From contig NC_068983.1 of NCBI RefSeq assembly GCF_001194135.2, positions 137,332,429 to 137,396,428 of the forward strand: 64,000 bases of DNA. Direction: 5' to 3'. The notes below the pieces were generated by a model. That model saw only the letters and a program-made list of their open reading frames with translations, was not told the DNA's origin and did no database searches. Source of the stretch: Octopus bimaculoides. Lineage: Eukaryota. A program made the position numbers and the translations under genes. Of this stretch, positions 47,492 through 60,686 are shown piece after piece. The stretch's first letter is position 1. Each line of letters begins with the position of its first letter.

Positions 47492-50400
47492 GTAAGTCAG
47501 CGAACCTTTTTTTTTTTTTTTTCATTCTTGTTTAATCAAATCTTGTGTTATTTTATATGTTCCTATTTAAGCTTTCAAAAATGTTGGGTTTTTTGTTATT
47601 AACGATTAATATATTCTTTCATTAGTTTCAATCATTGCACCGTAGCTATCCTAGGGTGACACATTCAAGAGTGTCTGACAATTATATAGTACATACTCTG
47701 ATATTCATTTTGTTGATTGTCTAAGTTTACATATTTTTAGAGAAATAACAGTGATGTATGGAATGCTGTATGCAAAAAAATATAATTACTTGGAAAAAGA
47801 AAACAAAAACTTAATGGCACTTGTTAACATCTCTCAAAGAAAGAAGGGAGATAATTTCAAGACGTTAAAAATTAATATCTGAAAGATTAACACTTACACA
47901 TGTCAGGCTTTCACATAGTATCTGTTTAGGAAATTTCACTCAGGATATTGGTCAATGAGACATGCTTTCTCAAAAGAGCACACCCTAAATTATGTGGCTG
48001 CAAAGTGAACTTACTAACTATGTAACCATGTCTTTTCTCATGTGTAACATGGAGTTTGTTTCCCTTAAATTTGTGTTTTTAAAACATCTATAAATAAATA
48101 AACAAATTTGCATGTAATTATATATAATAGCAGTAACTCTGGAAATACTACAGTTTTGAAAACATTCAGATTGTTGCAAATTTATAGAGTACCATAAAAT
48201 ACATAATGTTGGAGGTGGGGCATTTGATTCTTTAGATGGAGTTATATTCACACAAAACTATCATATTTAGCAGTTTATAATATGTCCCAATAAATCAGCC
48301 TGCATTTTATAAACATATGGTCATGGTTTGGGTTACTGCACTAAAGTACCCTATGAAATGAACTATAAACATCTTCCTTATAACTGTTTTCCAGTTATTA
48401 GTGTTTCCTAATGTAACAGTGTATAACAATAGTACTTACTTCATAGAGATTACATTAGTCAAGAGATCAAAGTGACAAGACTTGATCATACATTTAAACA
48501 AACTCACAGTCAGTTATGTGTCAAATGTGACATCATACACTAGTCCTATCATATTTCATTAGTTTGATACCAGCAGTTATTTAGTTAATTATATAATACA
48601 ATATTGATCAATAATTCATTTTATGTGATTATATTTAAACAAAAACTACGTTGTAATTTTCACTTGTATTTGTATAATTGGAGTGATCTTGAACTTTTGT
48701 TTTGTGTGAAACCCCACAATATGAACCAATCTAAATTCATGATTATTTTAGAATTTAAATAAAATATTTATGATGTGTATTTTAATTCAAAATGCAGTAT
48801 TAAAAGGCCTTGTGGGTTTTTTAATGGAAAAATAGTGAGATTTCATAAAGATCTGAATATATTAAACTTGAAAATGATTTGATAATGGGGGACTACAAAT
48901 ATCAGGTGTAAATAGTTACCAAAATAAAGCTTGTTCACCTTGAAAGCTATCAAATATGGCATATTACTTACTATACACTTGTCAATATCTTCACTCTAAG
49001 CAGTTAACACAATCTAGAAAGAATTACTTAAATATCAGCAAACAAATGAGTGAACTTTTCTCTACCTTTCTATTCTAACTTATTAAAAAAGAAAGAATAT
49101 GTCTATGACAAATGCTTTAAATAATCCAAATTATGAAACAAAATCAAAGATACTGTCTATAATATTATTCTGCTGTACTACAACCTAATTTTCATGTGAG
49201 AGAAAGATGCATATGGCAAACCCACAATATTAGCTCCATAGCTTATCAGTCAATTGTCTTGTGAATACTAAGATTAAAGGTTATAGAAACTGCAACAATC
49301 ATATTACAAGTGTGTTAAATGGTTAAAATTTACAAAAGTAAATCTAGCTATAAATATCGGAGTTTCATAGATGCAGTTTCCACATTAATTAACTCTTTGT
49401 ATTGGTAAAACTCTAGCACTGAGTTATGATCAAGTAATTCCTAATTCTTGGAGCTAACATTAGATAGGTTTTCTAATGTGAATTATTACATGAAGTGAAT
49501 TTGCTAACCATTTCACAATTGAATATGTACAGAGAGAGTTTTTACCTCTTAATCTGACAATATCTGAAGGGCAGTTATGAACCAAAGCTTTTACAGGTGT
49601 TAACTTTTTAAATTATTGTATTTAACTTTTACTGGATTGTAGAATTGGTGTCAAACTCAGAGTGGAAATGTGTACACAGTAGCCTTGCTACATATAAGGA
49701 CCAAATGCTGAGCACTGTCTGCATATGACGTAGATTTATGAAATACATTAGAATATTTTAATAATTCTTCTTTCTTTAAATGTATGACAAAATCAGTGTA
49801 TTGAAGTATTATATTAAAGTAAGCAACTCCCTCAAGATGAAATAATACTCTAACCAACATGGTTCATTATTTTGATAGTGGCTAGTGTTACAGCAGACAC
49901 TATATTTTGATTGTAAAGTTAAAGATAATTTTGGGGCCCAACAACTTAGATAATTTTGTAACATTTATGGGCACATGTCAGACTATAAAATAAATCTCAA
50001 ACTATATCTAGGCTTCATTCATACTTATGTAAGGTAATATGAAACCAGTATAGCATATCCTGCCCCAGGAAATTTTTCAATACATTGTCTGCAATATTGT
50101 AAGCAATTGCCATTGATAAAATGGAACTTATTGTTTCCATTGTACAATGTAATATGGTATATTGTTTCATATATATTTTTTCTAATTGAAACAAAGTCAT
50201 AGATTTGGACAGGATAGTTAATTAAATCAATGCTAATACGTACCTGCCATTATTTAATTGAGACAGTAAGGATGAAGAGTAAAGTTGATTCTAGTGAGAT
50301 TTTATTTCAGAAATACAGGAATGTATAAAATCCTGTACCTTAGATATTTATGACATTTAATTACTCTGGGTGGTTCCAATATTGCTATGTTCCAGTAGTA

Positions 50401-51899
50401 ATACAGTTGAAATCTATTCCATGTGAGATATGTATTTACAAAAATACAGTCTTTCTGTAATTGAAAAGGTGCGTAACCTAATATATAATGTCAACCTGGA
50501 ATTTTTCTATCAAGGTCATACTTTGACCCTGAGAACATTATTTTTTACAATTGTGATTCCACTTCATGAATTATAAGAATGAGTAATGATGTTTCTATCA
50601 TATATATTATGTTACTACTCAGTTCATTTGCTTTTGCTGCTGGTTGTGAGGAGGTTTTATTGTCCATTTTATTTTTATTCCTTTTTACCTTATTTATTCT
50701 TCTAAGTTAACGAAGTTTGTTGAAATATTCACTATGCACACATACATATGTTGGATACCCTAGTCCTTCCAGTAATGGGAATGACACTGGAAAGTTTATC
50801 TTCATATAATTTTACCTGGGAGCAAAATTCATTCCTCTTAAAGTTATACCCGTCATAGGAATTCTCTGCTGCTGTGTAAGTAGATAGTTGTGATGCATTA
50901 CAGGGAAATGGAATGTGCTATGAAAAGTGGACCATTTGTGGTTCTTGTATTTATCACAAAGCCTTGAACTTTTGATCTCTTCATGGAAAAATCCATTATT
51001 TATATTCTTGTTCAGAAATTTATATTGGTGATAAAATCATTCTACATTTGTTTATTATATTATATTTTATAATTATAGATACTTTTGTTTTCAATTTATG
51101 GAACAATGATGTCATTGTTTAACAAAATTTCCAACAATTTAATCATTGAGTGGTTCACTGCATTTCTAATTAACAAGAGTGACATGGGATCATATGTAAT
51201 TTAGAGGACTTTGTTTGAAGAGCACTGGATTTTCACCTGTGTTTACACTCTGTGCTGACATATGGCAAAAGATATCAACATAATCATGGCATCTTCTGTA
51301 TAGTTTCTCTCAACCAACTTCTACTCACAAGATATTAATCAACCCAAAGTTAGGGTACAAGATACCCAAGGTGCCATGCAAAGCAGACTTCTTAATTGCA
51401 AGGCTATACCTGCACCTGTAATCTATTTATTCATGGGCTTTGTTATTAGTGCTGCAGTGATAACAACTTTGTAAATTTAAGTTTGCAATCTATCTTATCT
51501 TCCATTTGCAAGCACTTTGCATTACTAAATTGTTTTAAGGGAAGTATAAACAGCGCAAGTTAACATTCTACATCCTATGAAATATGAAGCTATACAATAC
51601 AGAGTATATTGGAACTGGAGGTCAGATGCTACAGGATAAAAATTCCAAAGTCAAGAAATATTCAGTATTACATTTGTTCAATTATAGTCAATTTGTCTTA
51701 CTGACAAGTAAAGAAAAATTAAAATATTGAGCATTTATTTCTTGTCTAGATACTTGGATTGGTTTTGGGCAAAATACCATATTTTGAAGTATATATTATG
51801 TAAAAAGAGTATTATAATGGCTAAGGAGGAGGGGTGAACAATTATAAATCACTAAGTATTTTTCCAGTTATATGTCATCACTAAAAATCTATTAATGTA

Positions 51900-52190
51900 T
51901 GGACGCAGGCATGGCCTAGTTGTTACGTAGAGCAGTCGTAAGGTCCCAAATTCAATCTCACTTCCTGACATCTTCGGCAAATGTTTCATTGTAAGTGAAA
52001 TTGGGTAGACGGAAACTGTATGGAAGCCGGTCTGATGCACTCTATTATTTCAAGAGCTATCTTTATCACACTGTTGCGCTGATTCTTCTTGAGAACTACG
52101 TCAAAGGTACACGTGTCTGTGGACTCCTCGGTAACTTACACGCTATTCAATGAATAAGTAGTTCAGTTGATCGAACCACAGAAATTGTTG
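51900..52190 (+). mobile_element. Diverged SINE head plus repeat body shared with 61875-62030
   Basis: GGCATGGCCTAGTTGTTA... tRNA-like head; GAGAACTA.GT.A.GGGTAC.C.TGTCTGTGGA shared with ~61955-61990. Confidence 0.55.
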
Positions 52191-53049
52191 AAAATAATGG
52201 AGATCTATTTACTTAGTTATATAGTTGCAGCAGACTAAATATTTTATTTATATATCATTGTCATCACTCATTCGTCAATACCGAGAATAGAACAGATTTT
52301 TCATTTTGTTAAACTCTTCCTAGAGGTTAACTGATAATCTACAGATTTTCATCCTATATAAATCACCTTCACGTTATTTTTCATTGATTCAATGTTCGCA
52401 CTAGCACCCCGTCGTTCATATTCTTTTTCTTACCTGGTTTGCTTGTGAAGTAAATAGTTGAATTTAATGAGAAACGGGGGAGCGAACTCGTGACCTAATC
52501 AGTGATTTGCACATGTACTGCATTAAACAAATAGTAAGCGCCTCCCCATTAACCCAGTACGATTGAATTCCAACCTTGATGAATGTTCCCCCAGTCAACT
52601 GTTTGTGACAAGGAGTAGGAATAATGTATGCACAATTGTTGGCACCTAATGATTCCTGCACATATCATTGGCCTGTTATCGTCCCAATACCCCTGTATGA
52701 TCTACTGCTAACTAATTAAGTGTCGTTAACTACGCTTGTTCTAAGATTCATTTTCCTCCTTCCGATTGACAAAATATAATTCGTGTTATCAATACAAATT
52801 GGGTTTCGGCCACTTTCTCAACCTTAACATCACACTTGCTACTATCGTTTAAAATATCTTCATTTTCTCATCTATAATTTTTTTTTTTCCTTTCCATAGT
52901 TTCCAGTTTGCTTTTCATAACTTCCAAGATAGTTATAAATTACATTATATTACCGTAGCTATAGCTCTTACACTTTTTCTTCCTAATTTATTTCTCAGTT
53001 GCACACTAACACTCTTGATATTCTGTCTTTTTGACTGAGGAGAAAACAC

Positions 53050-53480
53050 CAACTCACCGACTCACTATATTTTTTATAATAAAAATCCTGAATTAATTTT
53101 CTCATTAAATTCGTCAGTCAACAAATAGATTTCTTTCTACCTCGTATGTTTTTCCACGGACGACTGGCGTTTTCTCAGCTTCTCTCTCTCTCATTCATTC
53201 ATTCATTCTCTCACTAGTTCCTTCTCATTCATTCATTCATTCTCTATCTTCGCTCGCTGTCACTCACTCTCTCAGCAGGCAGTATGGCGGGAGATGTCTG
53301 TGCCATTTACCGCATGCTCACTTCTCCTAACAACTATCATAAAAGCAGACTGTCGTTCCTACCTTCGGCAGTTGGAATAACTGTTCGGACAACAATAACA
53401 GTTTCAAACAATTAATGGAATACAGTGAACCGTGCCAGCACCTGCTTGAAACAATAAGCTTATTTTCGCCATAAGCTAAT
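53050..53480. promoter_or_regulatory. CpG-enriched, CT/ATTC-repeat-rich putative promoter or first-exon region
   Basis: Local CpG enrichment, (CT)n/(ATTC)n tract, ATGGCG motifs on both strands (53285 +, ~53470 -), donor-like GTGAGT motifs on the minus strand near 53053-53066. Direction cannot be determined. Confidence 0.3.
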
Positions 53481-54872
53481 CTTTCTCTATCGTGTATCAC
53501 TCTCCTTTTTAATATAGATGTGTTATGAGCTAAAATGTATTTGCTCGTAAAGCTGTAGCTCCGTGTATGTATTTATATATTTCACTGCTTCTATATAAGG
53601 ATGAGAAAAACGATGAGAAAGGTACTTAAACAAGGACCAAATTTTCGTAAATGAAATATCAGTTAAACATGCTCTAAGGAATGGAATGTATTTGGAAATA
53701 GAGTTGTTCTTACTATCAATACCGTTATTGGAATAAAATCACACTGCTGACTACAGGTGCATTTTATCTCCCTCATTCATCTCTTCTTTCCCTGTTTGTA
53801 ATGGAATTTACTGTTATTCGCTGTCTTTTGGGAAACATTCAACATAATCCGCTTATTTAAAAAGAAAAGGAATCACTTCTGTGATGCTGCTATCCCACTT
53901 TGATCATTGGAAAATTCCGGAAACCCTACTGAAGTACTTTCTCCCTGCAAATCTATATCATGTGGTTTGTAGCAGATTATTTTTTTTAATTTTAGTCAAA
54001 AGCCACTTTGGACGATGAAGTTAATAGAATCCTCTCTTTTCTTGTATTCTTCCCACATTCTTTTTCTTCTAGAAAATAGCTGAAAACAAACAATATATTG
54101 TACACATGCATTTGGATTTTTACATCGACATAACACATTTCTCTTTTTTCATATGACGAAAATATTCAATGTTCTGTTGAAAGTGATTGAGAGGATGCTT
54201 TCCAGGAATTACTGACCAAATTGATGGCGACATTTCCTTCTGTGCAATTTTATTGGAACAAAAGAAAATTACTTTCACTGAAACCGGAGATCGATTTTAA
54301 TCCCCGAGCGGAATGTTTTTGCTTGCGTTTATTTCTAATACCACACTTTAATAATTGTCTCTAGCATTATGTATTAATATTACAGCTCATTGATATATAC
54401 ATATAATACATTTAAAATCATTTTATTATCGATAAGAAGTTGAATCGATATATTTTGAAAAAGTCAAAGATAAAAGGAATACGCTGTCATTTGTTGAAAT
54501 GAATGAATAGAATAAATCGAGGTCTAATTTCGAACATTGCTTATATACATTCATCTTGAACTTTTAGTTTTTGTTCACTGAAATTATATCTTAATCCGAA
54601 ATTTCAGAGTATTTTGTTTCATTTACTTTTTTTTTTTTTAATAAATGTAACTTCTGTTTACCATAAAAAATATTGTAATTTGGGTTTATGAAAAAGAGAC
54701 CGAGAGAAATAAGTGCCTGTAGGTTTGACTATTATATTTCAAGTGAAGCGTACTACCTTATCCATTAAAGCAAAACAGTGACTGATGCGTTATTGTCGTT
54801 AAATCAGCTGTCATAAGCTTTTTGTGGGAAATGTATCCTTTTATGTTACTTGTTGTGTGACTGTAACTTTAG

Positions 54873-55829
54873 AGCCGTCCGAAACTGGATCAAGAGCAGC
54901 CGTGTAGCCACTCTTCTCTGGAAGAGGAGGGGAAAGATGACCTGCAAGGTACGGCGTCTGCCCTGGAAGATTTGGCATTGTGGGAGGAACAGCAACAAGA
55001 TGCCGTTTCTGCTTTTGGAGAGGAAACCCCAAACTGGTCGTTACAACAGGAGACCAGTGAGTCCCTACTTGAGGGTGATATCGAACGGCTGAGCAGTGGA
55101 CATCATGGGAGTGCCTCACACCTAGCAGAGCTAGAAAGGTGGGCTAGCCAACATAGCACTCCATCTCATAAACCACTCAACAGGTGGACAACTAGTCAAT
55201 TGCATGATGTAGCTTCCAGCTTGGACCGTGATCTCGAAAAATGGGCGAAAATTAATCAATCTTTCTATTCAGGTGTAGATAAATGGAAAGGTCTGAACAC
55301 GGATGTATCTGGTCTGGATAAAAATATTCAAAAATTGATGTGTAAGCGTCCCACTGCTATACTGAACAAAGAACGAATTCTTCATAAATGGCCAGTACCC
55401 TATCATGATATTTCAGTGAGTTTGGATAGAGACCTTGAAAAATGGGAGATCCAGCAGCGAGAGAACGCTGCTAGCTTGGAGAGGGATTTAGAGAAATGGG
55501 TTGGTCAATGTCAGCAGAGTGCTTTAAATAGGGAAACGGATTTAGAAAAGTGGGTGTCCCTTCATCGTAAAAGGACGTCGCACTTAGAAAAGGAAATAGA
55601 TGAATGGGTGGACAAACGGCGAAACAGCATACATCTGTTGGAGCAAGAAGTGAATGATAGCAATTACAGACGTCACAGCAGTGTCTCTCTTCTGGGGAGA
55701 GAACTAAAAAAGCTACCACATTCCCCGCACAAAGGACACAGAGAATCAACAGGTGCTGTGGCTACCTTACCGCGAAGGAATTTGAAAAGGGTCATGCAGA
55801 AAAGACACTTTAAAGAAACATCGGTATGA
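54873..55829 (+). CDS. Large terminal coding exon encoding a degenerate 18-aa repeat (xxLERDLEKW) protein of unknown function
   Basis: The supplied ORF 54972-55829 starts at TTG and extends in frame to an acceptor (CTGTAACTTTAG|AGC, phase 0), giving SRPKLDQEQ...KETSV*. About 318 open codons in AT-rich DNA, with strong 18-residue periodicity. AATAAA at 56132-56137. Confidence 0.8.
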   Translation, partial: SRPKLDQEQPCSHSSLEEEGKDDLQGTASALEDLALWEEQQQDAVSAFGEETPNWSLQQETSESLLEGDIERLSSGHHGSASHLAELERWASQHSTPSHKPLNRWTTSQLHDVASSLDRDLEKWAKINQSFYSGVDKWKGLNTDVSGLDKNIQKLMCKRPTAILNKERILHKWPVPYHDISVSLDRDLEKWEIQQRENAASLERDLEKWVGQCQQSALNRETDLEKWVSLHRKRTSHLEKEIDEWVDKRRNSIHLLEQEVNDSNYRRHSSVSLLGRELKKLPHSPHKGHRESTGAVATLPRRNLKRVMQKRHFKETSV

Positions 55830-56899
55830 TGTAGAATGACTGCTTAGTTTTTATTCAAATTTGTTCTTGTTCTTTTTTCCCCTCTCTATTGACATTTGTT
55901 TGGATATGTTTATAAAAAAAACAATGCAAAACAACAAAAGCGAAAACGAAAAAGGGTGCATGTTTTTCCTCTCTTTTTTCAACTTTCATTCACCGAATTT
56001 TTTTTTTTTTTTTTTTTTTTTTTTGCTATTTGATATATTTACTGTTGTTAAAGTTACCCTGTTACGATCGATTTTTTTTTTTAATATGAAGGCAGTGAAA
56101 GCGGCAGAAATGGTAGAACGCGTCACGATTGAATAAATGCTTTACAGTATATGATGTCATTGTTCTAGATTCTAAGTTCAAATCCTGGCAAGGTTGAATT
56201 TTGCATTTCGTCTCTCTGGAATCGATAAAGTAACACATGAATTACGGTTGGTTACCCGCTGCATTTGTGGACTTGTTCCAGTGCAAAAAGTAACATTGTT
56301 TATAAACGAATTCTCAGTGTTCACGATTACCATCCAGAGATGGTAATAGAATGTAGACCAAAATATTTATCTATACATTCACCAGTTTTATTTACGTGGT
56401 TACTAGATCTTCTAAAAACAGTAGTCAGATTTCTTTATGCTCCACTGCAATGGAAGGACACCACATCAGATAATTGTAGTCTTGGATATTCTCTTTCCAC
56501 AAAAAAAAAAGAAAGAAAAAGGCAGTGATTATTTCTTTATTTATACTAGCTAAAGGCTTTCAAGCCTTTAAGCTAGTAAATAAGGAAATAATATCGATTT
56601 TTATAGTCTATAAAGGTTGGGGTGGGGTTAAACTGTATAGGATGTCATGTCTAAAGAAAATTTGATATTAGATCAGATTTCCCCTTCCCCCATAAATTAA
56701 AGTCTTGCAAAATAGTGAATTACCCTTCTTTTTGCATATACCTTATCATTTGCATTGTAAACTTTGCACAGCCTCTTTCCTTCATACTTTTTCCTGCAGA
56801 CAATCATTTAGTTAAATGGGAGTTATAATACAGTTTTCTTTGAAATCATCTTCAGATGATGGTATGTTATATAGCACAGATACGCCCTATATTTATGTA

Positions 56900-56930
56900 G
56901 TGTGTATATATATATTATATATATTATTTG

Positions 56931-56973
<43 letters not shown>

Positions 56974-57171
56974 TATATGCATATATATGTACATGTATGT
57001 ATATACGTTCATCTACATGTACATATAGATACATAACTGGGTACATGACGTGGCAAAAGAACAAGGACAAAATGGTAAACAAGGTGCAACAAACAAGCAG
57101 GCCACATAGAAACATCCCTTTCATCAGCTGCCACCATTAAAACTCCAGCGTTTCGAAGAATTAAGGCATAC

Positions 57172-57211
<40 letters not shown>

Positions 57212-57212
57212 T
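56900..57212. repeat. (TA)n and (CA)n microsatellites flanking a short repeat fragment
   Basis: (TA)n 56930-56970 and (CA)n 57168-57210. Confidence 0.9.
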
Positions 57213-57679
57213 CATGTGTGACTAGACTGTGTAAGGAGTGTGTGTGTACATTTCTATGGTATGCGTATCATATGTATACATGTGTATGTCTCTTTAGAAA
57301 AATATATATATATATTGGAGTTGTGGTAATAACTTGATTTAAGATCATATGTTGAAACTGAAGCAACTATGTTGAGCCATTCTAGCTGTTTGTTAACATA
57401 AAAAGCTGTTAATTTCCCTAAAAATTTATTTCATGTGTTTGTCAGAATTTTCATAGCACAAATGCAGCCTTGTCACTGAAATAGTTCTGCTACAACTATT
57501 TAATACCCAGTATGACAAGCCAGTTTTTTATGTCTGAAGTTTTATTAATTTTGTTCCCTTTTTATTGTTGAGCTTAATGGCATATGGGTTTGTTGTATTC
57601 ATGTAGATTGACATCTGACCACATGACAGCAGCCATCAGTAATCATTTTCAGTTTGTTTGTTTGCAACTTAGTGTATAT

Positions 57680-57900
57680 TAACCCCTTCATTACCATATT
57701 TCTGTTGAAATGCACTGCTTTCATTACAGTTAAATTTGAAAATAATGAAGAACTTAGTAAGAGAACTCCCATTATTCAGTTTCTATTTGAAACATGAATT
57801 AACATGAAATTTTTATAGGTTTTCATTTTAACCATTTTAAAGGAATTTTGTATCACTAAATCAGAAGTAGTTTCAGGAGGGTTGGTATCAAAAGGGTAAA
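57680..57900. mobile_element. Possible TTAA-type MITE
   Basis: TTAACCCCTTCATTACC ... GGTATCAAAAGGGTAA imperfect inverted ends. Confidence 0.4.
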
Positions 57901-60654
57901 TGTCATCATTCTACCAATTTTCTTTACTTGTTTCACATTTATTTATTGTATTTTTTTTATGTTACCTCCTCATTTTCAATTACTATGTATAAAACTGTTA
58001 TATTGTCTTAGAAATTGGGTTCTGTTACACATTTCAAAATTATACTTTAAATAGAAGGAAAGAATTAGTATGCAATTAGCATAATGTTAAAGAGACAATC
58101 TTGATAAAGTTATAGGCATCTGTCTGTATTAACTTATAAATGTCTTTGCACATAATTATATATATATATATATTTATATGTATAGGTTAAATTGTTCAAA
58201 AGTGTACAAAAATTGGGAAGCAAAGCAGAGTTGGAGAGATGGGCAAATGTTGATAAGCACAGACATCTATCTGTATAAACTTACAAATGTGATTACACAT
58301 AATTATATACTTTGTGTACACATATGCATATACATACACTCCATACATGTGTATACGTATTTTGCAGTGTGTGGTGCATTATTGTTAGCCCCGTTTGGAC
58401 TGACAGTTGGAACTAGGTATGTTTTCTAGTATGTCAACTGATTCAGTTATTTGTATAAGTATTATGCCATAAGGATATGTAGCTATACATTCGTTGTATT
58501 GATTGTCTATAGTGTGTGTATGTTAGTAAAAAAAATGGAAGTACCTTTATTTTTAATTGTTCCAATGTTCACTGAATCACTCATTAATATGTATGCTGTC
58601 TCTTCCTTATAATTTTCAAAGAGGTTAGCACATGTTCCTTTAAAGCTCTTCATGACCTTGGAGTTGATATGTGGGTTTCTGGCATATATTTATTTCATTG
58701 CCACTTTCACAAGTGACCTTGTCTAAAGGATAAGATTTACAGATAATTTTAGATTCGTTTAAGATACTTCAACATTTACAAGCTAATTCACTATTGTCAT
58801 GTCTATAAACATTACACAATCAAAGCTCTTATTGTCACAGGGTATACTGTTCTTGACTATCTTATTGTCCCTAACTACCCTATTGCAAACTTGTTACACA
58901 TAAAAGGCATGTCCCATCTGTATTTTTTAGAATATTATCACACCTTTTCTTTGTTCCTTTATAATGCTTTGAGCCCATTTTCTAGTGTGTAACTTGTTGA
59001 CTGTTTTTTAAGCTAAGATACTAAATGAATTTCCGTCATTCTTGCAGTTGGCACATGAATAGCTCATTCCTTACCACTCTTGCTAAGTCTGCTACTAAAA
59101 TATTTGTTTTGACAGTTTCCAACATTACAAAATCTTTTTTGGTTCACCATAAGTTGTCTATAATGCATGTGTAGTATGTATGATTTTGGTGTACTGTTGA
59201 TGATAATGATTTCTGTTCATAATTTGTGTTCAGTACAGATAAATGGCTATTCAGGTACATAGAGGAGTAGTCAGTAACAGATGAAATTTGCTATGTACTA
59301 TATAGTATTCATCATGTGTTCTCTATCCACATGTTTGTCAATATGAAGATTCACTTCAATGAGGTTAATGATTCTATACTTTCCAGCATAAAAGTCAACA
59401 TTATATATTATGTAAATATGTAATGTAAACATTCAAACTTCACTTTCTTTCAAATCCTGCTGCATTTCACATGGAATTTTTTGTCTGAAAATTTCAACTT
59501 CTATGCAGGGAAAATACAGTTTAAATTGAGAACAATGCTAGATTTAACTATTTTCTACTTTCATTGCCCATCTGGCTACACCATACAAAGGTTGGTAATG
59601 TCAGTAACAATTCCAACTCTGATTGCATCACATTTCATTTGTTTATAAAATTTGTTCTCAAACTTAAAAGTATAATTCTTTTAGGTAGCTTTAAGAATAA
59701 CACCAAATGCACATGCAACTGTGGTTCTTATAATGTGAATATCTAAAGTGTAGTGGATTGCTCTGGTCCAACCAACTCAGGATTTGCTTGAAGTCATTTT
59801 GAAAGAAACGGCAATGGTTCACTGTATGCCTTGTCTTAGGTCAAGATTGGACACGAGTTCTGTAGGTTGTTTAAATAGGTATTCTTTACAGCATGTATTA
59901 ATAACTAGGAAAAGGTCTAGCACATCAATATTAATATTAAGGAATATTGCCTTGCTCTTAAAAATCAGTTCTGCATATTTTACTAACAGCAAATTTTATA
60001 TGGATAGATACAGTGAAACTACATCCATATTACCTGCATTATAGTTAACATAATTAGACGTTGTCACTCTACATAAATGCAAAACTATATACCTCTCAGC
60101 TCAACAGGAAATACATAAACAAATGATAAAAATGTAAAACCCTGTCAATCTCCATAAATAAGCTTAAACTGATTATCAATATTTGTTCTGGAACTGTATC
60201 AGTGACAAGCTGCTAGTTGTTTAACGAAAATTTTGTGACCTCATGAAATAAATCTAGATGAAAATGAATCTAACAGCTCAATGTGTTTATTTGATGTCAA
60301 AAATGACCCTTCCACAATTGAGTTACGTAATGGATATGTATGTGCATCTATATATGCATAGCTACATATATGGGGAAGTCTCCCTTCTTAATAGAAGGGA
60401 GACTTCTCCAGTAAAACCAAAGTCCTCTGTGCAGATTTGGGAAATGGAAACTGAAAGAAATCTGCCGTGTGTGTGTGTATTTTTCTGCCTCTTTGCTTTG
60501 ATATAGGGTAACAGTTGCAGAAATCAGAACTAGGCAGTCCTTTGAGTTATCAGACAATTTACATGATACAATATCATCATTAACATATATATATATATCA
60601 TTATTTAGCATTTGTATTTCACACTAGCATGGGTTGGATAGTCTGGCAAAATCT

Positions 60655-60686
<32 letters not shown>

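Noticed and set aside
57100-57170. Minus-strand GAAAC ... CTGATGA motifs suggesting a hammerhead ribozyme or Penelope end
   Set aside because: Stems I and III do not pair convincingly and the stem II closing pair is mismatched.
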